Shown one piece after another: positions 27,225-36,898 of a stretch of DNA of 64,000 nucleotides (position 1 is the stretch's first letter; every line of letters starts with the position of its first letter). The stretch is taken from NCBI GenBank assembly GCA_964618975.1, contig CAZUDI010000010.1:4378-68377 (forward strand), in the 5' to 3' direction. The stretch is from an uncultured Bacteriovoracaceae bacterium. GTDB taxonomy: Bacteria > Desulfobacterota > Desulfomonilia > UBA1062. A program made the translations under genes and the position numbers. The notes under the pieces were generated by a model, which did no database searches, was not told where the DNA came from, and worked only from the letters and a program-made list of their open reading frames with translations.

Positions 27225-27248
27225 GTTTAAAGTTATACTTTATACTTC
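27225..27248 (-). promoter_or_regulatory. GTTTAAAG-N8-TATACTTC motif copy 1, overlapping the core promoter of the fadH-like gene
   Basis: gtttaaag-ttatactt-tatacttc. On the gene strand, CTTTAAAC directly abuts a TATAAT hexamer (revcomp of 27219-27224) and the AGGAGG RBS. Confidence 0.5.
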
Positions 27249-27292
27249 ATTATGCCTGCGGCCACACCCTGTCAAGTCCAAACCGTCAAAAG

Positions 27293-27316
27293 TTTAAAGT
27301 TAGACTTAATACTTTA
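27293..27316 (-). promoter_or_regulatory. GTTTAAAG-N8-AATACTTT motif copy 2, 68 bp further upstream in the same orientation
   Basis: gtttaaag-ttagactt-aatacttt. Confidence 0.45.
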
Positions 27317-27428
27317 TGTTTTGCTTGCATGCCACGCAAACTTGTGGCATTCTCATAAAATCATCATGCAAGGGACGCCATCACGGACCATACCGGTATG
27401 GCACTCTAATATCCTAAAGGAGCATGTC

Positions 27429-28478
27429 ATGAAAACACGCATTACAGAACTCTTTGGCGTCAAACACCCCATTATCCTCTCCGGCATGAGCTGGATCAGC
27501 GTGCCCAAGATGGTAGCCGCGGTATCCAATGCTGGCGGTTTGGGCATTCTCGCTACCGGCCCCCTGGACGCCTCCCAGACCAGGGCTGCCATCCGCGAGA
27601 TCCGCAGCTATACCGACAAACCCTTCGGGGCCAACGCCTCCCTGCTCTTCCCCGGGGCGGCCGACAATGCCAGGGTTCTTCTCGAAGAGCAGGTGCCGGT
27701 GATCAACTTCGCCCTCGGCAAGGGCGACTGGATTTGTGAAGCCGCGCACAAGTACGGCGGCAAGGTGGTGGCCACGGTGACCAACGCCCGACACGCCAAG
27801 AGGGCCCAAGATTACGGCACGGATGCCGTGATCGTCACCGGACACGAGGCCGCGGCCCATGGCGAGGCGGCCACGACCTTTTGCCTCATCCCAAGTATCT
27901 CCGCCGTGCTCGACATCCCGGTGATCGCCGCCGGCGGCGTGGGCGACGGTCGCGGTCTGGCCGCGGCCCTGGCGCTGGGCGCCGAAGGCGTGGCCATGGG
28001 GACCCGTCTCATGGCCACCCAGGAGAGCCCGCTGCACGAGAACTACAAGCAGCTCTCGGTGGAAAAACAGGTCTACGACACCCTTTTCTCCAAGCGCTTC
28101 GACGGTCTATGGTGCCGGGTGCTGGACACCCAGGGTGCCCGCAAGGCCGTCAAGCAGGGACTCAACCCCCGCAAACTGCTGGAGGCCATCCCCAACTCTA
28201 TGGATATTGCCCGGCAGCTGCATATGCCCTACCCCAAGCTCTTTATCGGCGTCCTGCTCTCCGGCTGGGAGAACGCCAGGCAGCTCGCCTTCCTGGCAAA
28301 CGCCTTCAAGCTCATCCGCATCGCCACCGAGGACGGGGACACGACCGAAGGTGTGCTGCCCGTGGGGCAGGTGACCGGCATCATCAAGGACATCCCTACC
28401 GTGGAACAACTCTTCGAGCGCACCGTGAAGGAGGCCGAGGGGGTCTCGAAAAGGCTGGCCAAGCAGGTCAAGGACTAG
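27429..28478 (+). CDS. nitronate monooxygenase / enoyl-ACP reductase II (FabK)-like FMN oxidoreductase
   Basis: Start at ATG 27429 with an AAGGAG RBS (MKTRITELFGVKHPIILSGMSWIS). NMO/NPD-family TIM barrel. Confidence 0.85.
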   Translation: MKTRITELFGVKHPIILSGMSWISVPKMVAAVSNAGGLGILATGPLDASQTRAAIREIRSYTDKPFGANASLLFPGAADNARVLLEEQVPVINFALGKGDWICEAAHKYGGKVVATVTNARHAKRAQDYGTDAVIVTGHEAAAHGEAATTFCLIPSISAVLDIPVIAAGGVGDGRGLAAALALGAEGVAMGTRLMATQESPLHENYKQLSVEKQVYDTLFSKRFDGLWCRVLDTQGARKAVKQGLNPRKLLEAIPNSMDIARQLHMPYPKLFIGVLLSGWENARQLAFLANAFKLIRIATEDGDTTEGVLPVGQVTGIIKDIPTVEQLFERTVKEAEGVSKRLAKQVKD

Positions 28479-28585
28479 CCCATTTCATCCGCAAGACCAA
28501 AACGGCCGCTGCGCCCCCTTAGGGGACGCAGCGGCCTGCAGCGGGGCCTCTCTGATGCACTCAGGCGCACCGCCGCACATGGTGT

Positions 28586-29575
28586 TCATGTCAGGCGGGC
28601 CTGTGTTTTCTGCAGGCAGGCCACGGCCTCGCTATGCATACGGCTGAGCAGTTGCTCGCAGGTCAGTATCTCGTGAATGAACCCAATGGACTGCCCCACC
28701 ATGAGCGGCGCCTCCTCGGGGTTCCCCGATTCCCAGGCCTCCTTGACGCGTTCGCCGCCGATGAGGGGTATAAGCTCTTCGAGCCCGCCACCGCGGGCCT
28801 CGATCTCCTGAACGGTCCGGGTGATGCGGTTCTTGAGCGACCGGCCCTGCAGGCCGAGCGACTTGCAAAAGATTGTGGTGTCGTTCTCTTGGCGCCGGAT
28901 GAGCTCGTCCTTGATGTTCCGGTGCACCTCGCATTCCTCGGTGGCGATGAACCGACTCGCCATCATCACGCCCTGAGCCCCCAGGGTCAGGGCCGCGGCC
29001 AGTGAGCGGCCGTCCGAGATCCCACCCACGCTCACCACAGGGATATTCACCGAGTCCACGATGCGCGGGGTCAGGACCATGGTGGTCACGTCGTCATCCA
29101 GGGGGTGTCCCCCCTCCTCGAATCCGGCGGCATAGACCCCGTCATAGCCGGCCTTCTGGGCATGCAGGGCGTGGCGCACCGAGCCCACCTTATGGAAGAG
29201 CTTCACACCCGCCTTCTTCAACTCTTCGACCCCCGCAGGCCCGGCCACCTTGTCGATGGGCGTGCCCGACACCTCGATCCCGGCCACCTGTTCCTGGGCA
29301 CATACGCGGATGTACATCTGGTGGTGTTCCTGCGTGATGCGGATAGAGGGCAGCAGGGTCAGCCCCACCATAAAGGGCTTGTCCGTAAGCGTTCGCGTCT
29401 CGCGGATGGCGGCGCGGAATTCTTCCTCGGTTTCGTAATTACCGGCGGTGAGGTTGCCCAGGCCACCGGCATTACTGATAGCGGCACACAGTTTGGGCCG
29501 GCAAAGCCACATCATGGCCCCGCAGATGACCGGATAGCGGATGGCGAACATGTCGGTAATAGCGGTCTTGATCAT
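28586..29575 (-). CDS. nitronate monooxygenase-family FMN oxidoreductase (second paralog)
   Basis: MIKTAITDMFAIRYPVICGAMMW and GGISDGRSLAAALTLGAQGVMMASRF are NMO-family motifs. GGGAGGA RBS. Confidence 0.85.
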   Translation of the reverse strand: MIKTAITDMFAIRYPVICGAMMWLCRPKLCAAISNAGGLGNLTAGNYETEEEFRAAIRETRTLTDKPFMVGLTLLPSIRITQEHHQMYIRVCAQEQVAGIEVSGTPIDKVAGPAGVEELKKAGVKLFHKVGSVRHALHAQKAGYDGVYAAGFEEGGHPLDDDVTTMVLTPRIVDSVNIPVVSVGGISDGRSLAAALTLGAQGVMMASRFIATEECEVHRNIKDELIRRQENDTTIFCKSLGLQGRSLKNRITRTVQEIEARGGGLEELIPLIGGERVKEAWESGNPEEAPLMVGQSIGFIHEILTCEQLLSRMHSEAVACLQKTQARLT

Positions 29576-29602
29576 AATTCCTCCCTGACGTTGGATAGGT
29601 AA

Positions 29603-29626
29603 GTTTTAAGTTGTACTTCATGCTTC
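29603..29626 (-). promoter_or_regulatory. GTTTTAAG-N8-CATGCTTC motif copy 3, upstream of the second NMO gene
   Basis: gttttaag-ttgtactt-catgcttc, 28-51 bp upstream of the start codon. Confidence 0.45.
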
Positions 29627-29790
29627 ATAATATCCGCGCATGCGCTTGTCAAGGTGATTCCTTGTTGGGACAAGGCGGTGCCTATGTCAGGAAGGAGCAA
29701 GCGTCTGTCATGCGGGGACACGCCCGGTTGCGGATGGAAGTCACCCTGCCAGTCGGCCCTTTCATCACCCCGGCAGCCATGGTACTATAT

Positions 29791-29830
29791 TGATTATGGG
29801 TATGAACCTCAGGACAGACCCTGGAATCCC
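29791..29830 (+). repeat. partial copy (X module) of the dispersed repeat family
   Basis: tgattatgggtatgaacctcagg. Confidence 0.5.
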
Positions 29831-30191
29831 CACTACACTGCCAGCGGCGGCGTATTCGCCTCACAACGATTGAATCTTGAAGAGATGGGGTTAATTAAAG
29901 GAGGGAGGTGCATGGGATGCATGGGAATATCTTGACCCAGATCGACAACACCCTGGAAAGGGCCCTCAGACGGGTTTGCCTAATACCCCATGGACGACGA
30001 CGTTCCCTGTCCCCGGAACCCGGCCGCTGTGAAGTCGGGCCCCTCCTGCAGTCTGGCGCTACGCTGCCACGCGCGCGTCGGCCCAAACACACCGAGGACC
30101 TACCCTTTAGCGCACCCTATCTCGTCCGGCATACTGAACCGCACTCCCCAGTCTTCCACGGGCCCCTTATCACCTTGCCGCAGGAGGATCA

Positions 30192-31184
30192 ATGCTGATC
30201 GTGGGAGATCTCGGCGCAACCAAGACCAGACTCGGGTTCTTCGAGCGTGGGTCCAACCCGCGCACCCCCCTCGTGGAGGTCACCGTGCCAAGTGCCGACT
30301 TCAGTGGGCTCGAGGACATGATCCACACCTTCATTTCCACCTACGACCTCCGTCCCGAGCGCGCGGTCTTCGGAGTGGCCGGTCCCGTGGTCGAGGGACG
30401 TGCCGTGATCACCAACCTGGGGTGGGTCATCGAGCAGGAGTCTCTGGCCTCCGCCCTGGGCTTCGAAGAGGTCCTGCTGATGAACGACCTCCAGGCGATC
30501 GCCTATGGTATCGGCCTCATGGAGGAACACGACCTGTTCACCCTCCAAGAGGGGCACCCCCTGTCGACGGGTACCCGCGCCGTGATCGCCCCGGGCACCG
30601 GTCTGGGCGAGGCCTTCCTCACCAGTTATGGATCACACCCCCAGGTGCATGCCTCCGAAGGCGGCCATGCGGACTTCGCCCCCATGGACGACCTACAGGC
30701 GCGGCTGCTGACCTTTCTGAGATCCCGCCTCGGGCACGTAAGCTACGAGCAGGTGTGTTCCGGACGGGGGCTGCCCAACATCTATGACTTTCTCAAGCAG
30801 TCTTCCCTGGCCGACGAGCCGGGCTGGCTTAAGTCCGACCTGAGCGCGGCGCCCGATCCGACCCCGGTCATCGTGCAGTCCGCGCTCGACAGGGAGCGAC
30901 CCTGCCCGATCTGCTCGCAGTCACTGCAGATCTTCGTATCCATCCTCGGGGCCGAAGCCGGCAACCTGGCCCTCAAGGTGCTCGCCACCGGGGGGGTCTA
31001 TCTGTGCGGTGGCATCCCCCCCCGCATCATCGAGATCCTCTCTCAGGAAGGCTTCCTGCAATCCTTCAGGGCCAAGGGCCGGCTCGCCCCTCTCATGGGC
31101 CAGATTCCGGTCAAGGTGGTCCTGCATCCCGACATCGCCCTCATTGGGGCCGCCAGTGCCGGACTGAAAACCATACCAGCATGA
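30192..31184 (+). CDS. glk: glucokinase
   Basis: [16 protein letters not shown]-terminal ATP motif of the Glk family. 330 aa. AGGAGG RBS. Confidence 0.85.
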   Translation: MLIVGDLGATKTRLGFFERGSNPRTPLVEVTVPSADFSGLEDMIHTFISTYDLRPERAVFGVAGPVVEGRAVITNLGWVIEQESLASALGFEEVLLMNDLQAIAYGIGLMEEHDLFTLQEGHPLSTGTRAVIAPGTGLGEAFLTSYGSHPQVHASEGGHADFAPMDDLQARLLTFLRSRLGHVSYEQVCSGRGLPNIYDFLKQSSLADEPGWLKSDLSAAPDPTPVIVQSALDRERPCPICSQSLQIFVSILGAEAGNLALKVLATGGVYLCGGIPPRIIEILSQEGFLQSFRAKGRLAPLMGQIPVKVVLHPDIALIGAASAGLKTIPA

Positions 31185-31198
31185 ATGGAGCTTCTCTT

Positions 31199-33217
31199 AT
31201 GACTACCTCCCATGAACTGACTCAGGACGCCGTCAACACCCTGCGTTTCCTGGCGGCGGATATGATGCAACAGTCACATTCGGGCCGACCCGGACTGCCC
31301 ATAGGCGCCGCGCCCATGGCCTATGTGCTGTGGCTGAACCACCTCCGTCACAACCCCTCCAATCCCCGCTGGGTCGACCGTGACCGTTGCGTGCCCTCGA
31401 CCGGGTATGGCTCCATATTGCTCTATGCCCTGCTGCACCTCTCCGGCTACAGCCTATCCCTCGATGATCTCAAGACCTTCCGCCCATGGAACAGCCCCAC
31501 CCCCGGGTTGGAGGCCACCACCGGTCCGTTGGATCAGGGCATCGCCAACGCCGTAGGCATGGCGATCGCCGAGGCGCACCTGAGTGAGCGCTACAACCGA
31601 CCCGGCCACAGCATCATAGATCACCACACCTATGTCCTTTCCGGGGCCGGCGAGGACATGCAAGGCGCCTCGATCGAGGCCTGCTCGCTGGCCGGTCACC
31701 TGGGTCTGGGCAAGCTCATCCTCCTGTATGACGACAACCGCATCTCACTGGAGGGCTCCACCTCCCGGAGCTTCGGCGAGGACACCCGGGCCTGTCTGGC
31801 CGCCTACGGCTGGCACACCCAGATCGTTGCCGACGGTAACGATCTGGCCGCCATCGACGCGGCGCTCCTGCGCGCCCGGCAGGAGCTGGAGCACCCTTCT
31901 CTCATCGCAGTCAGGACCAGCATCGCCCCAACCAATCAGGGGCGCTCCACGGTGTACGGCAGTCCACGGGGGGAAGAGGAGCTTCAAGATCCCAAAAAAC
32001 ACCTGGGCTGGCAGCATGATGCACGCTTCCATATCCCCGACGAGGTCAAGAAACTCTTCCGCGGCGCACTCACCAGTGGACACGAACTCGAAGGCCAGTG
32101 GCAGCAGCGCTTCTTCCGCTACAGCCGGTCGTATCCGGACCTCGCTCAAGAATTCAAGCACAGGATCTCAGGAGCGCTGCCAGAGAAGTGGGATAAGGGC
32201 CTGCCGCATTTCACGTCACCCATCTCGACGAGTGCAGCCTCCGGGCAGATCATTCAGGGCCTCGCGGCCTCCCTCCCGGAGTTCGTGGGCTGCTCGGCGG
32301 ATCCGAACCCCTCCTCGCCCTCCAGGATCCAGGACTCTGGCGACTTCCAGTCACCCGCAGCCCATCACCAGAATATCGGGGACGCGGTTGACGCCCCCCG
32401 GGGGTATGCGGGTCGCAATCTGCACTTCGGGATGCACCAGCACTCCATGGGGGCCATCGCCTCCGGCATGGCCCTGCACGGAGGCCTCATCCCCTACATG
32501 TCGACCTTCCTCACCTTTTCGGACTACCTGCGCCCGGCCATACGCCTGGCCGCCCTGTCCGGACTGCAGGTTGTCTTCCTGTTCACCCACGACGGCAGCA
32601 CCCCCGGCGAAGACGTCCCCACACACCAGCCCATCGAGCACCTTATGTCTCTGCGCCTGATCCCCAACCTCACCGTCATCCGCCCCTGCGATGCCGCCGA
32701 GACCGTCGAGGCCTGGCGGGCGGCCATCGAGAACACGGCCGGCCCCACGGCCCTGATCCTCTCCCGCCAGGAACTACCGCTGCTGGACCGCCACCGTCTG
32801 GCGCCGGCCACAGGGCTCCGACAGGGGGCCTACATCCTGAAAGACTCCGGCAAGAAATCACCCCAGGTGATCCTCATCGCCACCGGCGCGGAGGCGCACC
32901 TGGCCCTGGAGGCCGCCGCCCGGCTGACCCGCAAGGGCCTGGCGGTGCGGTTGGTCTCCATGCCGAGTTGGGAGCTCTTCGCTCGCCAGACACAGCCTTA
33001 TCGAGACCAGATCCTGCCCCCGCAGTCACCGGTACGTATCGCCGTAGAGGCCGGAATCCGCCTGGGGTGGGAACACCATGTCGGCCTGGTCGGAGAGGTC
33101 ATTGGCCTGGACGGATTGGGGGCCTCAGCCCCGGGGCTCTTGGAGAGATCCGGCATCACCGCGGAGGAGATTGTCAGGGCCGCGGAGGCACTCCTGCGCC
33201 AGGTCCCGCGATCGTGA
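31199..33217 (+). CDS. tkt: transketolase
   Basis: Start at ATG 31199 ([39 protein letters not shown] aligns to the TktA N-terminus). An alternative ATG at 31181 overlaps the glk stop as ATGA. TPP-binding and transketolase C-terminal domains. Confidence 0.9.
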   Translation: MTTSHELTQDAVNTLRFLAADMMQQSHSGRPGLPIGAAPMAYVLWLNHLRHNPSNPRWVDRDRCVPSTGYGSILLYALLHLSGYSLSLDDLKTFRPWNSPTPGLEATTGPLDQGIANAVGMAIAEAHLSERYNRPGHSIIDHHTYVLSGAGEDMQGASIEACSLAGHLGLGKLILLYDDNRISLEGSTSRSFGEDTRACLAAYGWHTQIVADGNDLAAIDAALLRARQELEHPSLIAVRTSIAPTNQGRSTVYGSPRGEEELQDPKKHLGWQHDARFHIPDEVKKLFRGALTSGHELEGQWQQRFFRYSRSYPDLAQEFKHRISGALPEKWDKGLPHFTSPISTSAASGQIIQGLAASLPEFVGCSADPNPSSPSRIQDSGDFQSPAAHHQNIGDAVDAPRGYAGRNLHFGMHQHSMGAIASGMALHGGLIPYMSTFLTFSDYLRPAIRLAALSGLQVVFLFTHDGSTPGEDVPTHQPIEHLMSLRLIPNLTVIRPCDAAETVEAWRAAIENTAGPTALILSRQELPLLDRHRLAPATGLRQGAYILKDSGKKSPQVILIATGAEAHLALEAAARLTRKGLAVRLVSMPSWELFARQTQPYRDQILPPQSPVRIAVEAGIRLGWEHHVGLVGEVIGLDGLGASAPGLLERSGITAEEIVRAAEALLRQVPRS

Positions 33218-33518
33218 CGCGGACCGCAGTCCCGCAAAGAATGCACTCCAGCATCCTTCATCACCGCCCCCAGTTTCACATCGTCAGGGGAAGCGTCCCG
33301 CTCGGGGAAGAAGGGGTTCTAAGCATGGAATGACTCCGAAAGGGGGCCCTACCAGATCCAGCGGGGTGCATTGACATTCACGCAGGTCCCGTTATTTATA
33401 TTTATAATGGTTCCATGGACTTGTTCTCACAGCCACCCACACCCTGGTGAATAGCCTGCATGTTCCTTCCTGGAGTCCAGGCACCATCGGGACAGCACGG
33501 ATAAGGAGGCAAAACCCA

Positions 33519-33833
33519 ATGCAAGAGAGAAGAACGCAGAAACGGGTTAACATGAACGGACGTCTCAACGTGGACTTTTCCTCCCAGGACAATCCGGATC
33601 TCATCAAACGGGGACTACTGATGAATATCAGTAACGGGGGGATGTATATCCGCACCGTGGCCGCCTTGAAAAAGGGCGCCCTGATCTCCGCCTCTCTGAA
33701 TGCGGATGACCTGGGAAAGGTTATCCCGGTGCAGGGCTGGGTGGTAAGGAGTGTCTCCAACGGGCTGGCCATCGAATTCAGCGATGCGGATCAGCGGGGG
33801 ATTCACGAACTCATGTCACCGGCCTTTCCGTAA
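33519..33833 (+). CDS. stand-alone PilZ domain protein
   Basis: AAGGAGG RBS. RRTQKR (RxxxR) and NISNGGM (D/NxSxxG) signatures. 104 aa. Confidence 0.8.
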   Translation: MQERRTQKRVNMNGRLNVDFSSQDNPDLIKRGLLMNISNGGMYIRTVAALKKGALISASLNADDLGKVIPVQGWVVRSVSNGLAIEFSDADQRGIHELMSPAFP

Positions 33834-34128
33834 TAACCCCAGCCACATCGAGCGGCCTCGGACCATAAGCGTTTCCCTCCACTCGGGGCAGGGGTCTTAA
33901 CGGAAGGCTTCGCCGGCCCTTGCATCACGCGGCAAACGCCCCCCCAGCAGAGGCACAGAGCACCCGTTCCAGGCACAGCAGGCAGAAAACGCACCTCATG
34001 CCACCATCATCACCACCCCGGCATACCCCTATGCCTCAGTAGGCACCCAGCCCGAATCCGTCTGGCAGCTCGACCTTGTCCTTTTGCGGAGCCTGTGATA
34101 GGAAATAGGGCGCATATTTTTTGAGGAG

Positions 34129-35349
34129 GTGTTGGTCTTGAATTACCGTTTTTCCGTAGTGGACTACGTGGTGTTGATCCTGAGCTATCTCTTCTTCGGC
34201 CTGTTCGTGGCCGATCTGCAGGGCGTCATAGCCTTCGTCCTCCCGCTGGATGTCCCCTCCTGGATCTACCTCGTCATCGCCGGCGGCCTCAACCTCTGGA
34301 TCATCCCCATCCCCGGCATCCACCCGCGCACCCCCCCCATGATCACAGGGGAGACGTCCGCTGCCATGCAACTAGCCCCCCCCGAGGGCGCCCCCCATGT
34401 GGCCAGGCCTTCGAAACCCGCCCGGGAGCGTGTGCCCTCTTCCGGCGAGCGCCTGGCCAAGGGACTGAGCAAGACCCATAAGGGCTTCATCGAACGCATC
34501 TCGACCGTCTTCAGACAGTCGACCACCCTGGACGAGGAGGTGCTCACGCACCTGGAAGAGACCCTCGTGGGAACCGACATCGGAGTGAAGACCGCCTACA
34601 GGCTCTTCGAGGATATTCAGGGCAAGGCGGGCTCCATGGACGGACCGGAAGCAGCCATGGCCTTCATCAAGCAGGAGATCGAAGGCATCCTTGCCACCCG
34701 CGAAGAGCAGCTCGTCCTTCCCGTAGGGATTAAGCCCTTCGTCATCATGGTCACTGGGGTCAATGGCTCCGGCAAGACCACCACCATCGCCAAGATCGCC
34801 CGGCGGCTGATCAACGACGGCAAATCCGTGATCGTCGCCGCCGGGGACACCTTCCGGGCCGCCGCCATCGAACAGCTCGAGCACTGGGCCACCAAGGTCG
34901 GCGCCGACTTTGTCCGTTCGCAGGAAGGCGCCGACCCCTCTTCAGTCGCTTATGATGGACTCCAGGCGGCCATAGCCCGTGGCCACGATGTACTCATCAT
35001 CGATACCGCTGGCAGACTGCACACCAAGGAAAACCTCATGGAGGAACTCAAAAAGACCAAACGGGTGCTGAACAAACAGCAAGACGGCACCCCCCACGAA
35101 GTCCTGCTCGTGCTGGACGCCACCCTCGGTCAGAATGCCCTCGAGCAGACACGCCAGTTCAATGCTGCCCTGGGGGTAACGGGCATCGTCCTGACCAAGC
35201 TCGACGGTACGGCCAAGGGCGGGGTCATTGTCGGCATCGCCAATGAATTCGAGATCCCCATCCGTTTCATCGGAATTGGGGAGGATATGGACGATCTGCA
35301 GCCGTTTACGGCCCAGGACTTTACCAACGCCCTTTTTCTTGACAATTGA
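34129..35349 (+). CDS. ftsY: signal recognition particle receptor FtsY
   Basis: N-terminal membrane anchor and an SRP54-type NG domain (GVNGSGKTTTIAKIA, DTAGR, TKLD). The start is ambiguous: GTG 34129 overlaps the GAGGAGG RBS, and TTG 34138 has better spacing. Confidence 0.9.
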   Translation: MLVLNYRFSVVDYVVLILSYLFFGLFVADLQGVIAFVLPLDVPSWIYLVIAGGLNLWIIPIPGIHPRTPPMITGETSAAMQLAPPEGAPHVARPSKPARERVPSSGERLAKGLSKTHKGFIERISTVFRQSTTLDEEVLTHLEETLVGTDIGVKTAYRLFEDIQGKAGSMDGPEAAMAFIKQEIEGILATREEQLVLPVGIKPFVIMVTGVNGSGKTTTIAKIARRLINDGKSVIVAAGDTFRAAAIEQLEHWATKVGADFVRSQEGADPSSVAYDGLQAAIARGHDVLIIDTAGRLHTKENLMEELKKTKRVLNKQQDGTPHEVLLVLDATLGQNALEQTRQFNAALGVTGIVLTKLDGTAKGGVIVGIANEFEIPIRFIGIGEDMDDLQPFTAQDFTNALFLDN

Positions 35350-35367
35350 TCACCTTTACTAAATAGT

Positions 35368-36372
35368 GTGCAAATGCTCAGAATTGCAGAGCCCAGACTG
35401 ATCGAAATCCTGCATTCCATGCAATCCAAGACCATCATGGTCCTGGGTGATCTCATGTTGGACGAGTTCATCGAGGGGACGGTAGAGCGCATCTCCCCTG
35501 AGGCACCCGTGCCTGTGGTCCTGGTGCACAATGAATACTATCGACTCGGTGGGGCGGGAAACGTGGCCAACAACCTCATGAGCCTCGGGGCCAAGGTGGT
35601 CATGGCCTCGGTCACCGGGAGCGACGATCAGCACATGCGCCTCGAAGAACTGCTCCGGGCGCGGGGGATCGCCACCGACCACATCCTGGCCGACCCCGGC
35701 CGCCGGACCATTGTCAAGACCCGGCTCATCGCCGAAAAACAGCAGGTCGCACGGGTCGACCGGGAAGACCGCACCTCTATCAGTGCCGCACTGCGCGAGG
35801 AGTTGCTTGCGGCAGTACGCTCCCTCGCCCGCGAGCTTGATGCGATCATCATCTCGGACTATGGCAAGGGGGTTGTCAGTCGGGAGCTCATCGAAGCGCT
35901 GGTCTCCATTGCACATGAGCATGGGGTCATGGTTAACGTGGACCCCAAGGAACGCAACTTCCCCTTCTATCTCAAGGTCGACCTGATCACCCCCAATACC
36001 CGGGAACTCAGCTTCGGCGCCGGCATCAAGATCGAGAACGATCACGACCTAGTCGAGGCGGCCTCCAAGGTCAAATCCACACTTCACTGTCGCATGGTGC
36101 TCGTCACCAGGGGCGAACAGGGCATGAGCCTCTTCGGGGCCGACGGCGACCGGGTCGACATTCCCACCGCCGCTCTCGAGGTGTATGACGTGACCGGGGC
36201 CGGAGACACGGTGATCTCCTGTCTGACCCTGGCCATGGCGGCAGGTGCCACCCCCATCGAGGCGGCCACCATCGCCAATGTAGCGGCCGGACAGGTGGTG
36301 GCCGTACACGGCACGGCGCATGTCCAATGGGATGACCTATACCGCCGCTGTATGGAGAACATCCGTGGGTAA
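35368..36372 (+). CDS. D-glycero-beta-D-manno-heptose-7-phosphate kinase (RfaE/HldE domain I, PfkB family)
   Basis: VLGDLMLDEFIEGTVERISPEAPVPVV and DVTGAGDT are PfkB/RfaE-I motifs. The adenylyltransferase domain II is absent. Confidence 0.78.
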   Translation: MQMLRIAEPRLIEILHSMQSKTIMVLGDLMLDEFIEGTVERISPEAPVPVVLVHNEYYRLGGAGNVANNLMSLGAKVVMASVTGSDDQHMRLEELLRARGIATDHILADPGRRTIVKTRLIAEKQQVARVDREDRTSISAALREELLAAVRSLARELDAIIISDYGKGVVSRELIEALVSIAHEHGVMVNVDPKERNFPFYLKVDLITPNTRELSFGAGIKIENDHDLVEAASKVKSTLHCRMVLVTRGEQGMSLFGADGDRVDIPTAALEVYDVTGAGDTVISCLTLAMAAGATPIEAATIANVAAGQVVAVHGTAHVQWDDLYRRCMENIRG

Positions 36373-36898
36373 AGCGAGCCTCCCCCGCGATGTGCTGCTC
36401 TTTTCCAGCCTCCTCTATCGGGAGGAGGAGTGCGCGTTCAGCGCGTGCAAGGCCCTCGAAGCGCGCTTCGGTGCCCCCCGCTACACGAGCGCCCCCTTGG
36501 CCTTTTCCTTCAGCGATTATTATGCCCGCGAGATGGGCCACCCGCTTCAGAGGCGGGTGCTGGCCTTTGAAGATCTCGTGCCCCGGGATGCCCTGCCGGA
36601 GATCAAGCTCGCGACGAATGCGATCGAGGAGTCCCTGGCCAGAGAGAAGGCTCGCACGGTCAACATCGATCCGGGCCTGCTCAGTCTGGAAAACGTCTGT
36701 CTGGCAACCACCAAGCCCTACAGCCACCGCATCTATCTGAGGTACGGCATCTGGGCCGAGGTCACCCTCATCTACCGGGGGAACTCCTACCAGGCCCTGG
36801 AATGGACCTACCCCGACTATGCCTCCGATAATATGATCTATATCTTTAATTTATTAAGAGAAAAATACAGGGAGCAACGGCAATGCCCAGAAGCATGA
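36365..36898 (+). CDS. DUF4416 domain protein
   Basis: GTG 36365 with a GGAGA RBS, overlapping the upstream stop (GTGGGTAA). FSFSDYYAREMG is the DUF4416 core. Longer alternatives start at 36320 or 36332. Confidence 0.6.
   Translation: MGKASLPRDVLLFSSLLYREEECAFSACKALEARFGAPRYTSAPLAFSFSDYYAREMGHPLQRRVLAFEDLVPRDALPEIKLATNAIEESLAREKARTVNIDPGLLSLENVCLATTKPYSHRIYLRYGIWAEVTLIYRGNSYQALEWTYPDYASDNMIYIFNLLREKYREQRQCPEA

Noticed and set aside
29917-30198. 93-aa ORF upstream of glk with good RBS spacing
   Set aside because: The product is Arg/Pro/Leu-rich with GC-frame-like composition and runs into the glk start. It is kept only as a finding about the strong RBS and tiny ORF, not as a gene.
35359-36045. 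228-aa minus-strand ORF antisense to the heptose kinase gene
   Set aside because: Antisense artefact with no motif and skewed composition.
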